The notes: a model not told the origin generated them from the letters alone. Positions 11,161-26,378 are shown, counted from the first letter of the stretch. The stretch is 64,000 bases of DNA from Eledone cirrhosa (GCA_964016885.1 OZ024741.1:185256001-185320000); one strand, 5' to 3'. Numbers and translations are program-made.

Positions 11161-14100
11161 GGTGATTAGGTATTTCTATAAAAATGCAATAAAAAAGCGT
11201 GCTTAAATTTTTACAATTCATAAAATACCCCTGAATGCTGGAAAATAAATTTACTGAATATTGTGGGCGAATGAGGGACTGTACCTGTATGCCAGGAACC
11301 ACAGAGACGACTGATGTAGACTATGCATGCGTTTTATACTGAATGAGTCACTTGAACCATGAATCAGGTCCCGTCCGCTAAGTGGGCACTGACTATGATA
11401 GTGAAGGCGGTTTCACACTGGCGCCGTACAGACATCACTAAATATATTCCCAATGATTGTTATATTTTTTAATAACATAATAGGTTAGATAGGATGATGT
11501 CTATATTACAATATTACAATAACCAAGAATATATTGTGCGTGTTTGGTAATATTACGTATATGAAATAAAATAAAAAGCCAAAAGTGCATTAGCTTATCT
11601 CACTTGTTCTCGCGGAACCCTTAGTGACCTTTTGCGGAACCTTAGGGTTCCGTGGAACCCCGGTTGAGAAACACTGTTTTAGACGCTATGGAAAATTTAA
11701 ATAATTATGATAAGTTATTGTATGCGTAGTAAGGAAGAGAGAGGAATAACGTTAATTTGGGGGAAAAGGTTTGTTACCTATATTATGAGTAATAATATTG
11801 TATATATAATCAATTAGATTATATGAAGAATTATGGTTGTAAGTATTTTTATCTTATTACATTAAGATAGGTTATATGTTTATAAATATCTATATATATA
11901 TTAATAAGTTGCTTATGTATTAATTGTTTATATATCAACTATGAGTTACGAAGGAAGTTGAAATTGTATTTTCAAGTTGTGAGATTAGAATAATTTGTGG
12001 ATTCAAAAATGTTGTTCAACATTGATAATATTTTCAGAATATTGTTAATTTAACGAAGCTATATAGATTATCAAACAAAAAAACCGTTAAAGAAGAAGGA
12101 AAATGAGAAAAATGAAAAGGAAAAGGAAGACCACTTAAACGTTTGGGGGAAATATATTCAGACATTTGTCTCTATTGTGTATATATTTATATGGAGAATT
12201 ATTTATCTTATTATAATAATATATAAATATTTATATATATTTTAATAATAGCATATGTATTTTTATTAAAAGGATAGTTTGTTTATAATATGAGTTACGG
12301 GGGTTGTTGATTTTGTGTTTATAAATACATAAATAAATAAATATGTAGTTCACGTTATAGGTCGTTGTTCGAAATATGAGTTATTAGCGATTTTGTATTT
12401 TATGTAAATAAATAGGTAGTTAAAATTGATAATATTTTAAATTAAATTAACGGAGTTATGTCTAAAAAGTTTTTATGATTGAAAAAAAGGAAAGATAACT
12501 CCGATTTTTTTTGTTAATCGTTAGTGTGGGATTAATTATTTACTCTAAAGAAATATGAATGTTTAAACATCGTCTTGAATAGGATACATTTTGCTAAAAA
12601 ACAGTTAATGGTTATTAATCGACATTTAAAAATTAGCTTTAAAGGGTGTCATTGGAAAAATAAAGAATTAAGAAAAAAAAAAAAGAAAGAAAGAAAAATA
12701 CAAATAAAATTAGAATTATATAGAAGTACATAAATATAGAAGTACATAAATATATATAAATATCTATACACATACACGCATACATATATATTATAATAAA
12801 TTTTAGAGATATTAATATATTAAAAGTATTAAAAATATAAATTGTTAGAGCAGATAGCATCATTTTGGAGATTAATATATAAGTTACATATAGTTCTGAA
12901 TGTAGACATTTTGGCGATGTCTGCAAGAACTAAATATCTCTGTTCTGGATTAATAGAGTTTTTACAATTAATTATATAAAGCATTTCTTGATAAAGCCGT
13001 GCTTTCGAAATCGTTTTCCAATATATTGAGTAGTCTATATTCTTGCTTTTTAAGTTCCATATACGATTTGAGAGGGTAGTAGAAGATTTTTTATCAGATC
13101 TTCTGAAAGAGTGATTGTGGTTATTCCAGCGATCTTTAAATTTTGTAGAGGTGGCACCGACTGTGCATTTATAAACTATGTTTTTATCTAAACACTTATT
13201 TTGTAAAGGGCAGTTTGATTTGATTCTACAGTTACATTTTTCGGAGTTGTTGTTGCTCGGAACGGTACTATTATACTGGATATTGCTAGAAATATTATTA
13301 TTGCTATCTTGGTTATTTTGGTTAGGGTTTAAATTTAAGTTTCTATTATTAATTCTATTTATATTTTGTGCTATGTTCATAGTAGTAGAGTAGGATAATT
13401 TTATAGTATGTTTGTTAAAGATTGAGTGGTATCTGTGGACTTTAGGAAAACATTTGTCTAGTGCTTTAAAGAATAGCTTTGCTAAAGTTGTAACGCTTAA
13501 TGAGAATGGGGGTGAGTACTAAATAATATTTCTAGTACTAGTTCTTTTGTTTGTTTTAGAGTTCAAATTAAATTGTTTATTCTTATCATAATTAATATTA
13601 GGGTGATTTGCCATGTTATTTTTGTCAATGTATTTAATTTTATTCGAATACCCTGCTCTATTTAAAGCTTCATTATAATATTCAGTCTTATCCTCAAAAA
13701 TATTTTTATTAGCAGAGATGCGTGAAATTCGTTGCTGGACACTATTAACAATAGTGTTCTTAATAGATCTAGGATGATTAGAGTTAAAACATTCGTAATT
13801 TAGATTCTCATTAATGTTATGTGCTAAGGTTTAATGTTACGTCTAAAAAGTTAACCATTTTATAGTTATTCTCTATTTCTAACTTAAGGTTATAATTATT
13901 GAAGAATTTTCGTTTCCTATTAATTTCACAATTACTATGGTTTTCAATTAAAAGTAATATAAACCTCCGGTCATCTCTGGCATAGCGTGCCAAAATTTTT
14001 GTACCCTTGAAATATAAATAATTGAATAAATATGGTTTTATATATATAGTTTCCATTTATTTAATATAATTGAATATTTACTCGAGATTACTGTCGAGTG

Positions 14101-14299
14101 CTGTGAATCAGTTATAAACATTTATATTTGTTGTATTACCAACAAATTAAATATCCCTTATACTTATATATATATATACGTGTGTGTGTGTGTTTGTTTG
14201 TATGCATGAGTGGTGGTGTGCGCGCGCGTATGTATGTGTGTGTGCGTGCGAGTGTGTATGTCGTACGTATGAATGTCAATTTTTGATTTTTTTGATTTT

Positions 14300-14592
14300 T
14301 TTTATGCGCAGGGACATAAAATAGTCGGGCTGCAGACCCGATCGCGCAGTTAAACCAATGGGAGGGGAGGATCCCTAGCCCTTGTCAGGCCATTCTTCTA
14401 GGAGAAGGCAACTCAGGAAACTCCGACATAAAACCTGCAGCTCAGTAGTTACCGATGATGTTGATCTTTTCTTCTTTTCGGGTTATAGCTACTGTCGCTC
14501 AGAGAGTGGGATTGACTCAGTGCACAATCTTTCCTCTCCTCACTTTAAAAATATTCTTCACGCACAGGCATTGCACGATTGCATTAATTAAT
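14300..14592 (+). mobile_element. Non-autonomous RTE-related short element; copy at about 39400-39672 (-)
   Basis: CCCTAGCCCTTGTCAGG..TTCTAGGAGAAGGCAACT (RTE 5'UTR-like) and GATGTTGAT..TTCTT..AGAGAGTGGGA shared with 60245-60450; followed by a (TTA)n run. Confidence 0.65.
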
Positions 14593-14606
14593 GATTATTA
14601 ATAGTA

Positions 14607-14646
<40 letters not shown>

Positions 14647-14779
14647 ATTATTATTATTATTATTATTGTTACCATTATTTTTACATTTTTTTTCTTTTCC
14701 CAATTCAATGATGTTCCAAAACAATATAAAGGAGATAATTGGCAATAAGGGTTCTGGCACAAAAGAGATAATTGGAAAT

Positions 14780-17700
14780 AGGGGCAGGGGCCCCAGGTTA
14801 TCACAGCCTGGGCCTGCTCATCATCGTGCCACTGTAATATAGCCAAACAAGGCATTTAGTCTTGGCTGCTGGAATCTACGGACGCTGCTTGATAGGGATT
14901 CTTTGGAACGTCCTGAACGAAATACCGCTCTGGTTGCAAAGGAGCTTCGACGTTACGATCTGTGATATCGTAGGTTTATCTGAAACGAGGTTAGCTGGAG
15001 ATGGTCATCTTACAGAATTTTGTGGAGAATATACATTCTTCTGGAAAGGAAGAGATGAAAGAAACAGAAGAGAGGCTGGGGTAGCATTTTCTGTTAAGAC
15101 TGCTCTTAGAAGAATTCCCAGTGGGGATTAGTGACCGTCTTATGTCTATGAGAATTCCGCTGGACAGAGGAAGATATGCGACCCTGGTGGGTGTGTATGC
15201 TCCAACTATGAATTCTGTCGATGAAGAAAAAGTGTCCTTTTACCATGCCTTGAAATATGTTTTACGAAATATCCCTCAGCCAGACAAAGTCATCGTGCTT
15301 AGTGACTTTAATGCTAGAGTGGGTAGGGATTTTAACACATGGAATGTAATTGGAAGGCATGGGGTGAGAAAGTGTAACAACAATGGTATGCTCCTGCTGC
15401 AGATGTGTGAGGAGCTGGATCTGTGTGTTACCAATACCATTTTCCAACAAAAGAAGAAATTTAAGACTACATGGATGCATCCTGCATCTAAGGAATGGTA
15501 ACTTTTGGACTACGTCCTTGTCAGGATGCGTGACAGACGGGATGTGCAGTGTATTCATGCACTTCGTGGAGCTGAGTGTTGGACGGACCACCGCCTGGTA
15601 CGCGCAAAAGTGAAACTAATCACTAAACGTAAAATCCGAGCTCCTGATGTTAACCTGCCCAGAAGATCGAATGCTGCTCGTCTTAAGGATAAAAATGTGA
15701 AGAAGACATTGCGAGAAGAGATGCAGGCTGCAGATCTTGGTGAGGAAGGATTGGCCGACCCTTAAAAAGTCGGTTTATGATGTAGGCAGGCGTGTTCTGG
15801 GATTGGTGCAGAGAAAACATCAAGCCTGGTTTAATGAGAATGATGAACATATAGAAGACTTGTTGGCTGATAAGAGGCGTGCTCTGTCACGCTACTAGAT
15901 AGCAAAACCACAGGAGAAGAATATGTTGCATAAGGAATTCAAGGATGTGAAATCACGTGTTAGGCGGAGTCTTTCTCAGATGAAGGATCAGTGGTGGAGT
16001 GAGAAGGTTGATGAGATACAAACTGCGTTAGATTCCAATAACACAAAGCTGTTGTACAGTCGCTTGCGTTAAGTTTATGGACCGTCTTCTTTTCTGGTGA
16101 CAACGCTTCGCAGCAAGGATGACAAAGAACTTCTTCGTGACTCACAAGGAATTCTACGAAGGTGGCGAGAGCACTTTCGTGAACATTTGAATCAGCCGTC
16201 TGTCATCAATGAAGATTTCCTCGATCTCATTCCAGAAAGTCCTGTGAAATTAGCTCTCGCAAAACCTCCGACGCTTGTGGAGGTTGCGGTAGCTATCTCG
16301 AAGTTGAACAGTGGAAGGTCTCCAGGTATGGATGGTATACGTGCAGAGATCCTATAATATGGTGGTGAGAGACTTCTGCAATATCTTCACACTTTGTTTG
16401 GCAGGATATGGCCTAATGAAACCGTACCTGAGGACTGGAGAGATGCAGTAATGGTGGTCTTGTACAAGGGAAAGGGTAACAGGAATGATTGTGGGAACTA
16501 CAGCGGTATATCATTGCTTTCTCTAGTAGGGAATGTTTTATGTAGGGTGCTTCTGGGCTGTCTGCTGACACACATTGCAGATTGTGTCCTTCCTGAAAGT
16601 CAATCCGGTTTTCCTGCTGGACGCGCCACTACTGATATGATCTCAATTAGACAGCTCCAGAAGTGCACGTAACAAGGTTTGGATCTGTATAAGCTTTTTG
16701 TCGATCTGACAAAAGCTTTCGATACTGTTAACAGAAATGCATTATGGAAGGTTATCCAGAAACTTGTTTGCCCTGATAAGTTCCTTGCTTTGGTTAGGTC
16801 TTTCCATGACGACGTGAAGGCTTGGGTTAATGTCGGTGGTAACATGTCGGAGCCTATCTCAGTAAAAAATTGAGTGAAACAGGGGGATATTCCAGCACCG
16901 ACCCTGTTTGCCATATACTTTGCAATGGTTTTCTATATTGCTTTCAGGAATTGCAAGCATGATGTTTACATCTACTATCTACTATCAAACCTCTGGCACT
17001 TTGCTGCAAAAACAAAAGTATTTACCCCAATCATAAGAGACCTCTTGTATGCAGATGATTGCGATCTTGTAGCGCACACGGAGAGTGATATGCAGCACAA
17101 TTTGAATGCGTTTTTTTATGCTTGCACTGCCCTAGGATTGACTGTCAGTCTCAAGAAAACCGTCGTCATGTACCAACCTGCCTCTAGTAGGCAGTACAGT
17201 GAACCAACTATCCATGAGTATGGTAAACGACTTGGAGTGGTTGATCAGTTTGTCTACCTGGGAAGCACTGTGAATCGATACAACAACCTTGATAAGGAAA
17301 TCCCACTCAGGATTATGAAAGCAAGTGATGCTTTCGGAAATCTAGAAAGGCGACTCTGGGGTCGGCGAGACATATGCAAGAAGAGAAAGGTGAAAGTGTA
17401 CAAGGCATGTGTGCTCTCTTCTCTTCTTTATGCCTGCGAGACCTGGGTCACATATCAACACCACCTGAAGCAAATGGAGCGTTTCCATCTGATGTGTCTC
17501 AGACGGATATGTGGCGTTCACTGGAGAGACCACATTAGTGATGTCGAGATTTTGGAAAGCTCTATGTGTGACAGTATAGAAGCTCTTGTGCTTAAGCAAA
17601 GATTCCGATGGAGTGGTCACCTTGCCAGGATGAAGGATTCTATAATACCATAAAAACTCTTTTATAGAGAGTTAATTAAAGGAAAACGGCCTCCACATAA

Positions 17701-18200
17701 ACCCAAAAAGAGGTATGAGGGTTCCTTGAAAGCCTCTTTGAGAGACGCTAACGTCTCTGCTGATACATGGGAAAATGTTGCTGCTGATCGTAATAAATGG
17801 AGAAAGACTGTATATGATAGAAAAGTTGTCTTTGTGACATCTCGAATCGCATACGAGGAAGTAACGTAGGATGTAAGGAAGGGCATTACTGTTGCATTTC
17901 CAGACGGCGAGGGTCCTCCTACGGCGCTGACATGCAGCGTCTGTGCGAGACGCTGCCTAAGCAAAGCTGGACTCGAAAGTCATCTTCGCAGTCTAAAAGT
18001 GAGACCAGTGGTTGACTACCAGGCTGCTGTTGGAGATGCTACTCATCATGCTTACCAAGTGCAAAAGTGCATGAAGTCCAACCACAGCCAGCTATTCCCA
18101 GTGAATGTTTTGGTTGCCAAATCTGTGCAAGACATTTTAGATCATTGGCTGGGCTAAAAAGCCACATTCGATCGCAGCGCTGTTAATTGCTATCGTGTGT
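14780..18200 (+). mobile_element. Near full-length, degenerate RTE (BovB-like) LINE: APE + RT + C-terminal C2H2 fingers
   Basis: WNLRTLLD..RPER; DIVGLSETR; VYAPT; DFNARVG; DYVLVR; TDHRLV; SPGMDGI; FVDLTKAFD; KQGD; LLYADD; LLYACETW; RWSGHLARM; many stops and frameshifts; (TG)n tail. Confidence 0.93.
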
Positions 18201-18389
18201 GTGTATGTGTGTGTGTAGATATGTTTATGTGTGTGTGTGTGTGAATATATATATGTGTATATTATTATTACATAACATTTAAAAAAATGTTCCTCACATC
18301 AATTGGAGTCTACCGAGGGAACAACCAAAAGAATATTCACGCATATTCTCGTGGAGAAACCCACCAATGGTCGGAGGGATGGATCACCC

Positions 18390-21300
18390 TGGTGTCGTCT
18401 TGGAAGCAGAGCCACCTTCTGAACGATCTCAGGTCGCTAAACATAGATGTGGTGGCTATCAGCGAGACCAGAATATCCGAGGCACGGGCATTCGCACCCA
18501 TTTTCGGCGGCTACGAGGTGTACACATCTTCAAGCCGTCCCGAATCTGGTGGGGGAGTGGCCGTGTTGTTCCGGAGAAGTCTTGATCTCGAGTTATGGGC
18601 CCTCTTCTTGGACCCAGAGGGTAAGCTGGTGGTACTGGACGTGACCAGCGGAGAAGGACAAGCTTTAAGGCTAGTGGCCGCCTATGCCCCAACAGGAGCA
18701 GGACAGCCTGAATTCTTCTGGCGTCTGGAGATATTTCTTGGAAAGTCCCGCTCTCTAGTGTTAGTGGGCGACTCGGACGGGATCTTAGATGCACGCTGGG
18801 ATTGTGTGGGATTAGCTGATAGGGGAAGAGGGTGTAGAAGCCTCACAAAATTACTCAGGCGGACAGGTACCGATTGGATTTCCCGAATGTGCCAATTTGG
18901 ACTTGCACAAACCGCATCGGGTCATCCAGATCATATCTAGATAGAGTATTTTGTAGGGAAATTGATAGGTCTAGCATAGGTTGTCCATAATTGAAGATAG
19001 TCAGCTACACGGACCACAAATTCGTGATCTGTGTGGTTGACTTAGATAGGCTTCATAGACAGGAACCCGGCTACTGGAACCTAAACGCGTCGTAAACAGC
19101 GCGCACAGCTTACAGAGACCGGATTAGCGAATTAGTTAAGCGGGCCTTGACATGGGCCACGGTCAACAACAAATGGTGGTTTGCCCTGAAAAGAGCGATT
19201 AGAATAGAATCCATTAGGTTTAGCAAAGCGCTATTAACAGAGAAAAATATAGCAGAAGGAAATCTAGTTAAGAAATTAGACGAGGCGATTAGTAAAGGCA
19301 TCGCGATCGACGTGCTTGCAGCTAACTTGGCTCTCGAGCAATTTTTCAACGCTAAGCACGAAGACTGGGTTGTCAGAGCTAGGTTGCGTGCTCTCAGACA
19401 CGAGGGGACAAAAGCCGTTCAATGGACCCGAGTAACGGAGGCGCGTTGTGGCAACAAAGACACGATTCGGTCTTTGGCGAACCACGACGGGCACATGATA
19501 CTCGATTCCGGGCAGATGTGTGCGGCTTTTCAGCAGAATTTTGCTCAGCTATTCGGGAGCAATGGTGGGCTGCATAGCGGAATGGACTTCAGTGCCTACC
19601 TGAACGGACTGCTGTGGCTCTCGGCCACTGAAGCGGAGTGTTGCGAAAGGCCGATAACAGCTGCTGAAGTACGGGAGGCAATGGGTAAATCGCCTGGTTT
19701 GGATGGTCAGCCCTACGAATTTTATATACAGATGCCAGACTTGTTCGAAGACCTCTTGGCAGACGTCTACTGCAACTGGAACCAGAACGGGAGAATTTCC
19801 AGCTTTGTAAGCCGAGGAGCGGTGGCGCTGCTGAGAAAGGATCCGAACAAGGGGGATAACAAGGGCCCATAACTCTGCTAAACACAGACTTCAAGATTTT
19901 CGCTAAGGTGCTAGCAAAGAGGTTGGCGCTTGTCGTTGGTGGTCTGGTGGGAGAGGCGCAAACATGCGCCATTCCAGACAGATCCATCTACGACAACCTC
20001 CACCTCATGCGATACATCGTAGAGAGGGTAGCTAGGGAACCTGGCATGGGTGGGTCTTTGATCAATTTAGATCAGTCAAAAGCGTTCGATAAGGTCGACC
20101 ATCGTTATCTGGCAGCAGTCCTAAGAGCAGCTAGCTTTTGGCCTGTCTTCAGAGGCTGGATTGCTGCCATGCACAGCGACATCTGCTCTGTGGTGAGAGT
20201 GAACGGTCACCTTTCGGAACCGTTCAACATTATGCGCTTGATCCGCCAGGGATTTCCTCTCTCGTCCTTGTTGTACGTATTGTCTCTTGAGCTATTACTG
20301 CTCAAACTGGAGACGTTGAGGGGGATCCCACGTGAACTAGGATGCGGAACAACAGTATCAGCTTCTACAGACGACATCACCGTAGTGGTGTCGAACACCA
20401 AACACATCGAGGCAATCGGCACCACCCTAACAGAATACGAGGTAGTGACAGGAGCAATGATCAACCAGGAAAAATCAGTAGGCCTGCAACTCGGCACATG
20501 GAGAGGCAGGTCCATGCCGCCCAACAGCGTCGTCGGGCGCTGGACGGACGTACCGGTTAAATTGCTCGGGGTCTGGTTCGGTCAGGACCTCCAGACAGAC
20601 AAAAACTGGGAGGAGTTCACGAGCAAGGTGTTATCTCTCACCCAGAAATGGGCCGAGAGGAAGCTATCCCTGAAAGGTCGAGCGGAAGTGGCTGACGCGT
20701 ACATCGCGTCTGTCATCTACTACCGCCTGACCGTCGTGCCTTGTCCTAAGCCCCGCCTGACTGCGCTGGAGCGTTTGCTCTTCGCTTTTTGTGGAAGGGA
20801 CGCGCTCCGATGGTCAGGCAGTCCATCTGCTGTCAACAACCGCTACGTGGAGGGCTGGGCATGCAGTGGCTGATGATGCGCAGACACGCGCTCAGGCTAC
20901 GACATCTCCACCTCTTCCTCGACGGTGATCAGGTGTGGGCGCCGCTTGCTAGATGTATCTTTCCCCATCTCGTCTCCTTGACGGAGCTGCAGTCATCGGT
21001 CAATCGAAGACCGAGAGAGAGCGCTTGGAGGCTGGAATGTCTTCAGGCGCTCACAGCCCTCGACCAATCGGGCAATGTGATCGGTGGAAACTCCACCTTG
21101 GCGTACTATAGAAGATTAGTGGAGGGGAAGAGCGAAGACGTACTTGGGGAAACTCTAGGCGTCGACGAAAATCAACTAGCCAATCCCTTCGGAAGAAATT
21201 TCGAGCCGGGGCCTATGGACAACTTCCAGAGATTCCTGGCCTGGCAGTGCTACCGAGGAGCTTTGCCAGTTCGGGGTAAACTCTACAGCCATGGAGGTGC

Positions 21301-21960
21301 CGTCAGCCGGGAATGTCCGAGATGCGCACAGGGCGACGAAACCGTCCTGCACGCACTCGTCCAGTGTCCGAGCATTGCTGATTTGTGGGTTTATGTCAAA
21401 CACCTGTTGTCGCGTGTAGGACGGATCCAGCTATCAGCTGAGTCCATCGTCAGGATTGCCTCGCCCTCCTCCTTTAGCCGGGAAGGGCAGGCAATTTTTA
21501 TCTGTCTGGTGGCCATGGCGGAAGAGGTAGTATGGTGGACGTGTTTGAAAGGGCTGAAGAGGAGCACTTACCTCTTCGGTGATGCCCTGATTAACTTTTT
21601 AAATTTTTTAAATTTCATTTAAAAAGGAAAATCAAGGTAGAGAGGGAAGTGCTCTCTTCCCAGCATTTTGTTGAAAGATGGGTGAGAGAGCAAGAATGGG
21701 TGTGAATGGGCCTACTCTGAGTATGTGCCTGTAAATTGAAGGTGGAAAAATGGGAGAGGGCACTTGCCTTGGTTGTCAGGGTCACCGTGGCTTTTTTAAT
21801 GGACTTTCTCCACGATGGACATCGGAAGTCTCTCCCCTACTGGGGAATTTTTCATTGTTTTTTTTTTGTTACATCCTCTGTTTTTTGTTTTTTTACAGGC
21901 AGAAATTCCCATTTGTACAGTCCTGTGTTGTCCTGTACTGTTCTTAATGTCTATTATTTC
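18390..21960 (+). mobile_element. L1/Tx1-clade LINE ORF2 (APE, RT, zf-RVT), degenerate, lacking ORF1
   Basis: DVVAISET, GGVAVLF, AYAP, SPGLDG, LDQSKAFDKVDH, RQGFPLS, TDDIT, LSLKGRAEV, CPRC..ETVLHALVQC. Confidence 0.92.
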
Positions 21961-22103
21961 AATTATTTCAATTATTTATATATTAATTTGCATATCCACA
22001 CATAAGTTTGAATAATCCCTAATATATTTCCACTATCCAGTGAATTTCCAACCGATAAGGTATGACTTTCATGGGTATGTCTCTATTTATAAAACAAACT
22101 TTG

Positions 22104-22168
22104 TATTTTATCTGATGAAAGCGTACCAATGTTGTCTTGGTTACCCTTGAAATATATATAATAAAATA
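22104..22168 (+). ncRNA. Hammerhead ribozyme in a solo PLE pseudo-LTR (about 21990-22213), same family as 8270-8400
   Basis: TATTTTAT-CTGATGA-AAGCGTACC...GGTTACCCTT-GAAA-TATATA-TA-ATAAAATA; 8-bp stem I. Confidence 0.8.
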
Positions 22169-22270
22169 AATATGGTTTTATAAATATAGTTTCTATTTAT
22201 TAATATCATTGTATATATATATATATATATATTACCCTTATCGAGCCTTCGGATTTTATCATTATTATTG

Positions 22271-22359
<89 letters not shown>

Positions 22360-22360
22360 C

Positions 22361-22395
<35 letters not shown>

Positions 22396-22459
22396 GCATG
22401 TCTGTGAATATGTGTGTGTTTGTGTATGTGCTTATCTGTGTTATTTGTATGTAAATGCA

Positions 22460-22490
<31 letters not shown>

Positions 22491-22502
22491 AATATATATA
22501 TA

Positions 22503-22545
<43 letters not shown>

Positions 22546-24074
22546 TCATTCACATTTCAATTCACTCTTCCGTATTCTAATCTTTAATCCAATTTTAATA
22601 GCATTGGCTTCAGTGTAAAAGAAAACAATAAGAACAAAAAAATAATAAGAAAATCCTACTTCCTGTTGCTTCCTGCCTCGTATAATAGAATTTTCACAAT
22701 TGCTACTGGGAGAATGGAATTTAGTATTGCGTGTGGGTAGGGGGTAGGGGCGTGAGTGTGCGTGAGTTGGGTCTGCGAATACTTGAAAATAAAAACGATA
22801 ACGTAAGACGGATGGAAGCTTGATTAAATCCTTTTTAAAATGCATGAACACCGAACGTCAACAGTTTGTTGAAAGTCGCTTTCCTGTCCTTCAACACAAA
22901 GAACAGTTCTCAATCATTTGTTTGTCCACCATTTTGTTTAGATCTTATTATATTCGCAGCAGCTTATTGAGTGCTAATTATTTTTCCTCCATGTTTTCAT
23001 GTAAATATTTTTCGTTTGGTTTCATTTGTTTTGCATTTGTTTCTTTTTAATATTCTCCTTAATTTTGTTTGCATGATATTCTCTCAATTCACATGAGTTT
23101 AAAGTAGCGTGCATATTACGCAAAATGATGTAGACCATGTGATTCAAAATCATGTCAAACTTGTGTGGCACAATGACAATGTCATGTTGTACGATATGTG
23201 TTAAGAAATGAACAACACGTTGGTCTAGAAAAAAAAACTATTAATATGAAAATCCTGAAAGATTTGTTGCGAAAAATATATATTTATTTATTCCATTATT
23301 CTTGATGGTTGCATAAGATTAGCATTATTTCATTACGAAAGTCGTTTGAGCTGCGATCATATTGTCATATATTTACAAATCTAAGATTTCAAATGATGTC
23401 TATTAATGTAAAAGAGATAAAACTGATATTTCTAGCTGTAAGCATTATCCTATGAATTATTTTTTCCTTCAATTGTAACCAGTATAATTATATAATATAC
23501 TATTAGTATAAAATCATCTATTCTAACCATGATCAAAATTACCATCTGCAAAACATACTTTACGGCTACTCTTTCCATCAATAATATCAAAATGATTAGA
23601 ATTATCACAACAACCATAATTAGCCCCATTTCCTCCACCTCCCCTCCTCCTCCTCCTCCTCCTCCTCCTCCTCCTCCTACTACTACTACTACTACTACTG
23701 TTGTTGTTGTTGTTGTTGTCAGCAGGCCATTATTTTTACAAAACCTTGTATCGCTATTAGAAGCATCAGAAGGCACATTCTCACTACCCCAGCCACCAAA
23801 CCATTATCACCATTACCACAACTTAGTACTATAAAAAGCTATCACCATTACAGTAATCCAGAGAAATAAAGGCAACAAAATAAATAGGAAAAAGTGCACA
23901 TATGTACATATATTATATAAACATACATATATAAAGTTGCATATGCATACAAGCATATATTCATACACACACACAGGTGCACACACTTTCACAAACATAC
24001 AATCAAAATGTAAAATAATACAATATACTCAAATAAAGATCAAATGCATACACACACCTACACATATACAATTA

Positions 24075-24078
24075 TATC

Positions 24079-24138
<60 letters not shown>

Positions 24139-24177
24139 ATCCTCCCCCTCTCTCTCTCTTTCTCTCTCTTTCTCTCG

Positions 24178-24208
<31 letters not shown>

Positions 24209-24279
24209 AATATATATATATAAATATATATATATAAATATATATATATAAATATATATATATATGTATATATGTATAC

Positions 24280-24340
<61 letters not shown>

Positions 24341-24360
24341 CATATAAATATATATATATG

Positions 24361-24424
<64 letters not shown>

Positions 24425-24429
24425 GCATT

Positions 24430-24466
<37 letters not shown>

Positions 24467-24540
24467 GCATTTATTATATATATATATATATATATATATT
24501 ATACATATATATATATATATAATATACATATATTATATAC

Positions 24541-24629
<89 letters not shown>
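24075..24629. repeat. Compound (TATC)n/(TC)n/(TA)n microsatellite; one example of dozens of arrays (e.g. 1345-1520, 2739-2998, 38225-38388, 39710-39835, 40235-40502)
   Basis: Directly visible simple repeats. Confidence 0.97.
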
Positions 24630-24632
<3 letters not shown>

Positions 24633-25346
24633 TTTTATCTTTGGTTTACAGAGTGGAAATAATAAGGAGACCAACAACAATGGCGTGATAAGGTAAAATA
24701 TCTTGACGAAGACTTATTGCATAGGCAAATTTTATTCTTGAAATCTTGCCAAAAGTTCTGAAAGAAATAAAAGCATGAATAACAAACACATGAGTGGAAA
24801 GTATCGAGAGCAAAGCTCAAATACCACTCTGATTAATAACAAATAGGGAAAAAATATAGAAATATAATCAAATAAAAAAAAGCATTATTCCCGCGTTCCA
24901 GAGTGTTCTCCATCTTGAAATAAGTTAATTCACTTCAGGAGATTTTGTTTTTTTTCTTCGTTTTCTTCTTAACCTGGGAATTAACGAGACTGTCAAATAT
25001 TGTTAGGTTCCATAGAAAAATGGCTGTTTTATTCTTCGAATAGTAAACTAACATTTACTTTATTTTTAATATCTGTTCCGTTGTAGATTGAGAAACGTGC
25101 GTATGTATATAATCGAAATTGACTCTTCTATCGCTGTGTGCATATATTATATATCGATAGAGTATGGACATGGAAAAATACACTTATACACCCATCAAGA
25201 AACTCACTATATAGGCATACATTCTGATACATACGTGTATATAGTTTGTGAATGAGCGGGTATTGTATATATGTATGCATATATGATTTCTGAGTTTCAG
25301 AAGATCCTGTAATATATATATATATATATATATATACATACACACG

Positions 25347-25377
<31 letters not shown>

Positions 25378-25408
25378 GCACACACATACACACACACACA
25401 CACATACC

Positions 25409-25471
<63 letters not shown>

Positions 25472-26025
25472 ACAGGGAGAAAGAGATGATTATTAGGAAG
25501 AAAAATATTTTTTTTTCCTATTTTTATTTCTTTCTCTCTTTTTTCTGGGGTAGAAAATGATTAAAACGAAATGTTTTACTTTGTGTGAAGTGTTAAGGTA
25601 TTAGTTGATTTATTTATTAATTAACAATGCCATTTATTTATCTATTTATATATTTAATAATTCTCTATTACCGATTTCAGCATTTTTATACATTATCAAA
25701 TGATAGTGATATGTATTGGTGTAGAATGGTGGTGTTAAAGATATGGTGCAGAAAGAATAATGTTATTTACAAACAAGGTTTATGAAGTGAAAAGAAAAAA
25801 GAAAAAAGAAAAAGGTCGTAATGTAGAGCATAAAAAGTCAATGTGAAAGAAAAAATAATGTTATTTACAGGCATAGTTCTTGAAGTTAAACAGATCAAAA
25901 CGTGTTAATATAGCAAGAATGCTTAGTTGATCCATGATTCCATGATGGAGGCAACTGGTGGATATATACATACATACATACACATATATATATATATACA
26001 TACATACATATATATATATATATAC

Positions 26026-26378
<353 letters not shown>

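Larger units (their letters stand above)
8543..11676 (-). mobile_element. Full-length Buster/Charlie-type hAT DNA transposon
   Basis: 15-bp TIRs CAGCGTTTCTCAACC / GGTTGAGAAACACTG (1 mismatch); 8-bp TSD TTTTAGAC at 8535-8542 and 11677-11684, fitting the NNNTANNN Buster rule; subterminal GGAACCC repeats. Confidence 0.95.
8270..14165 (-). mobile_element. Naiad-like Penelope element, 5'-truncated, with inverted pseudo-LTR; interrupted by a hAT
   Basis: RT thumb VNFLDVTLNL (13817-13980); GIY-YIG CNCRIKSNCPLQNKC..IVYKCTV..FKDRWNNH (12829-13380); long AT-rich 3'UTR; 8270-8365 is the reverse complement of 13982-14072. Confidence 0.85.
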
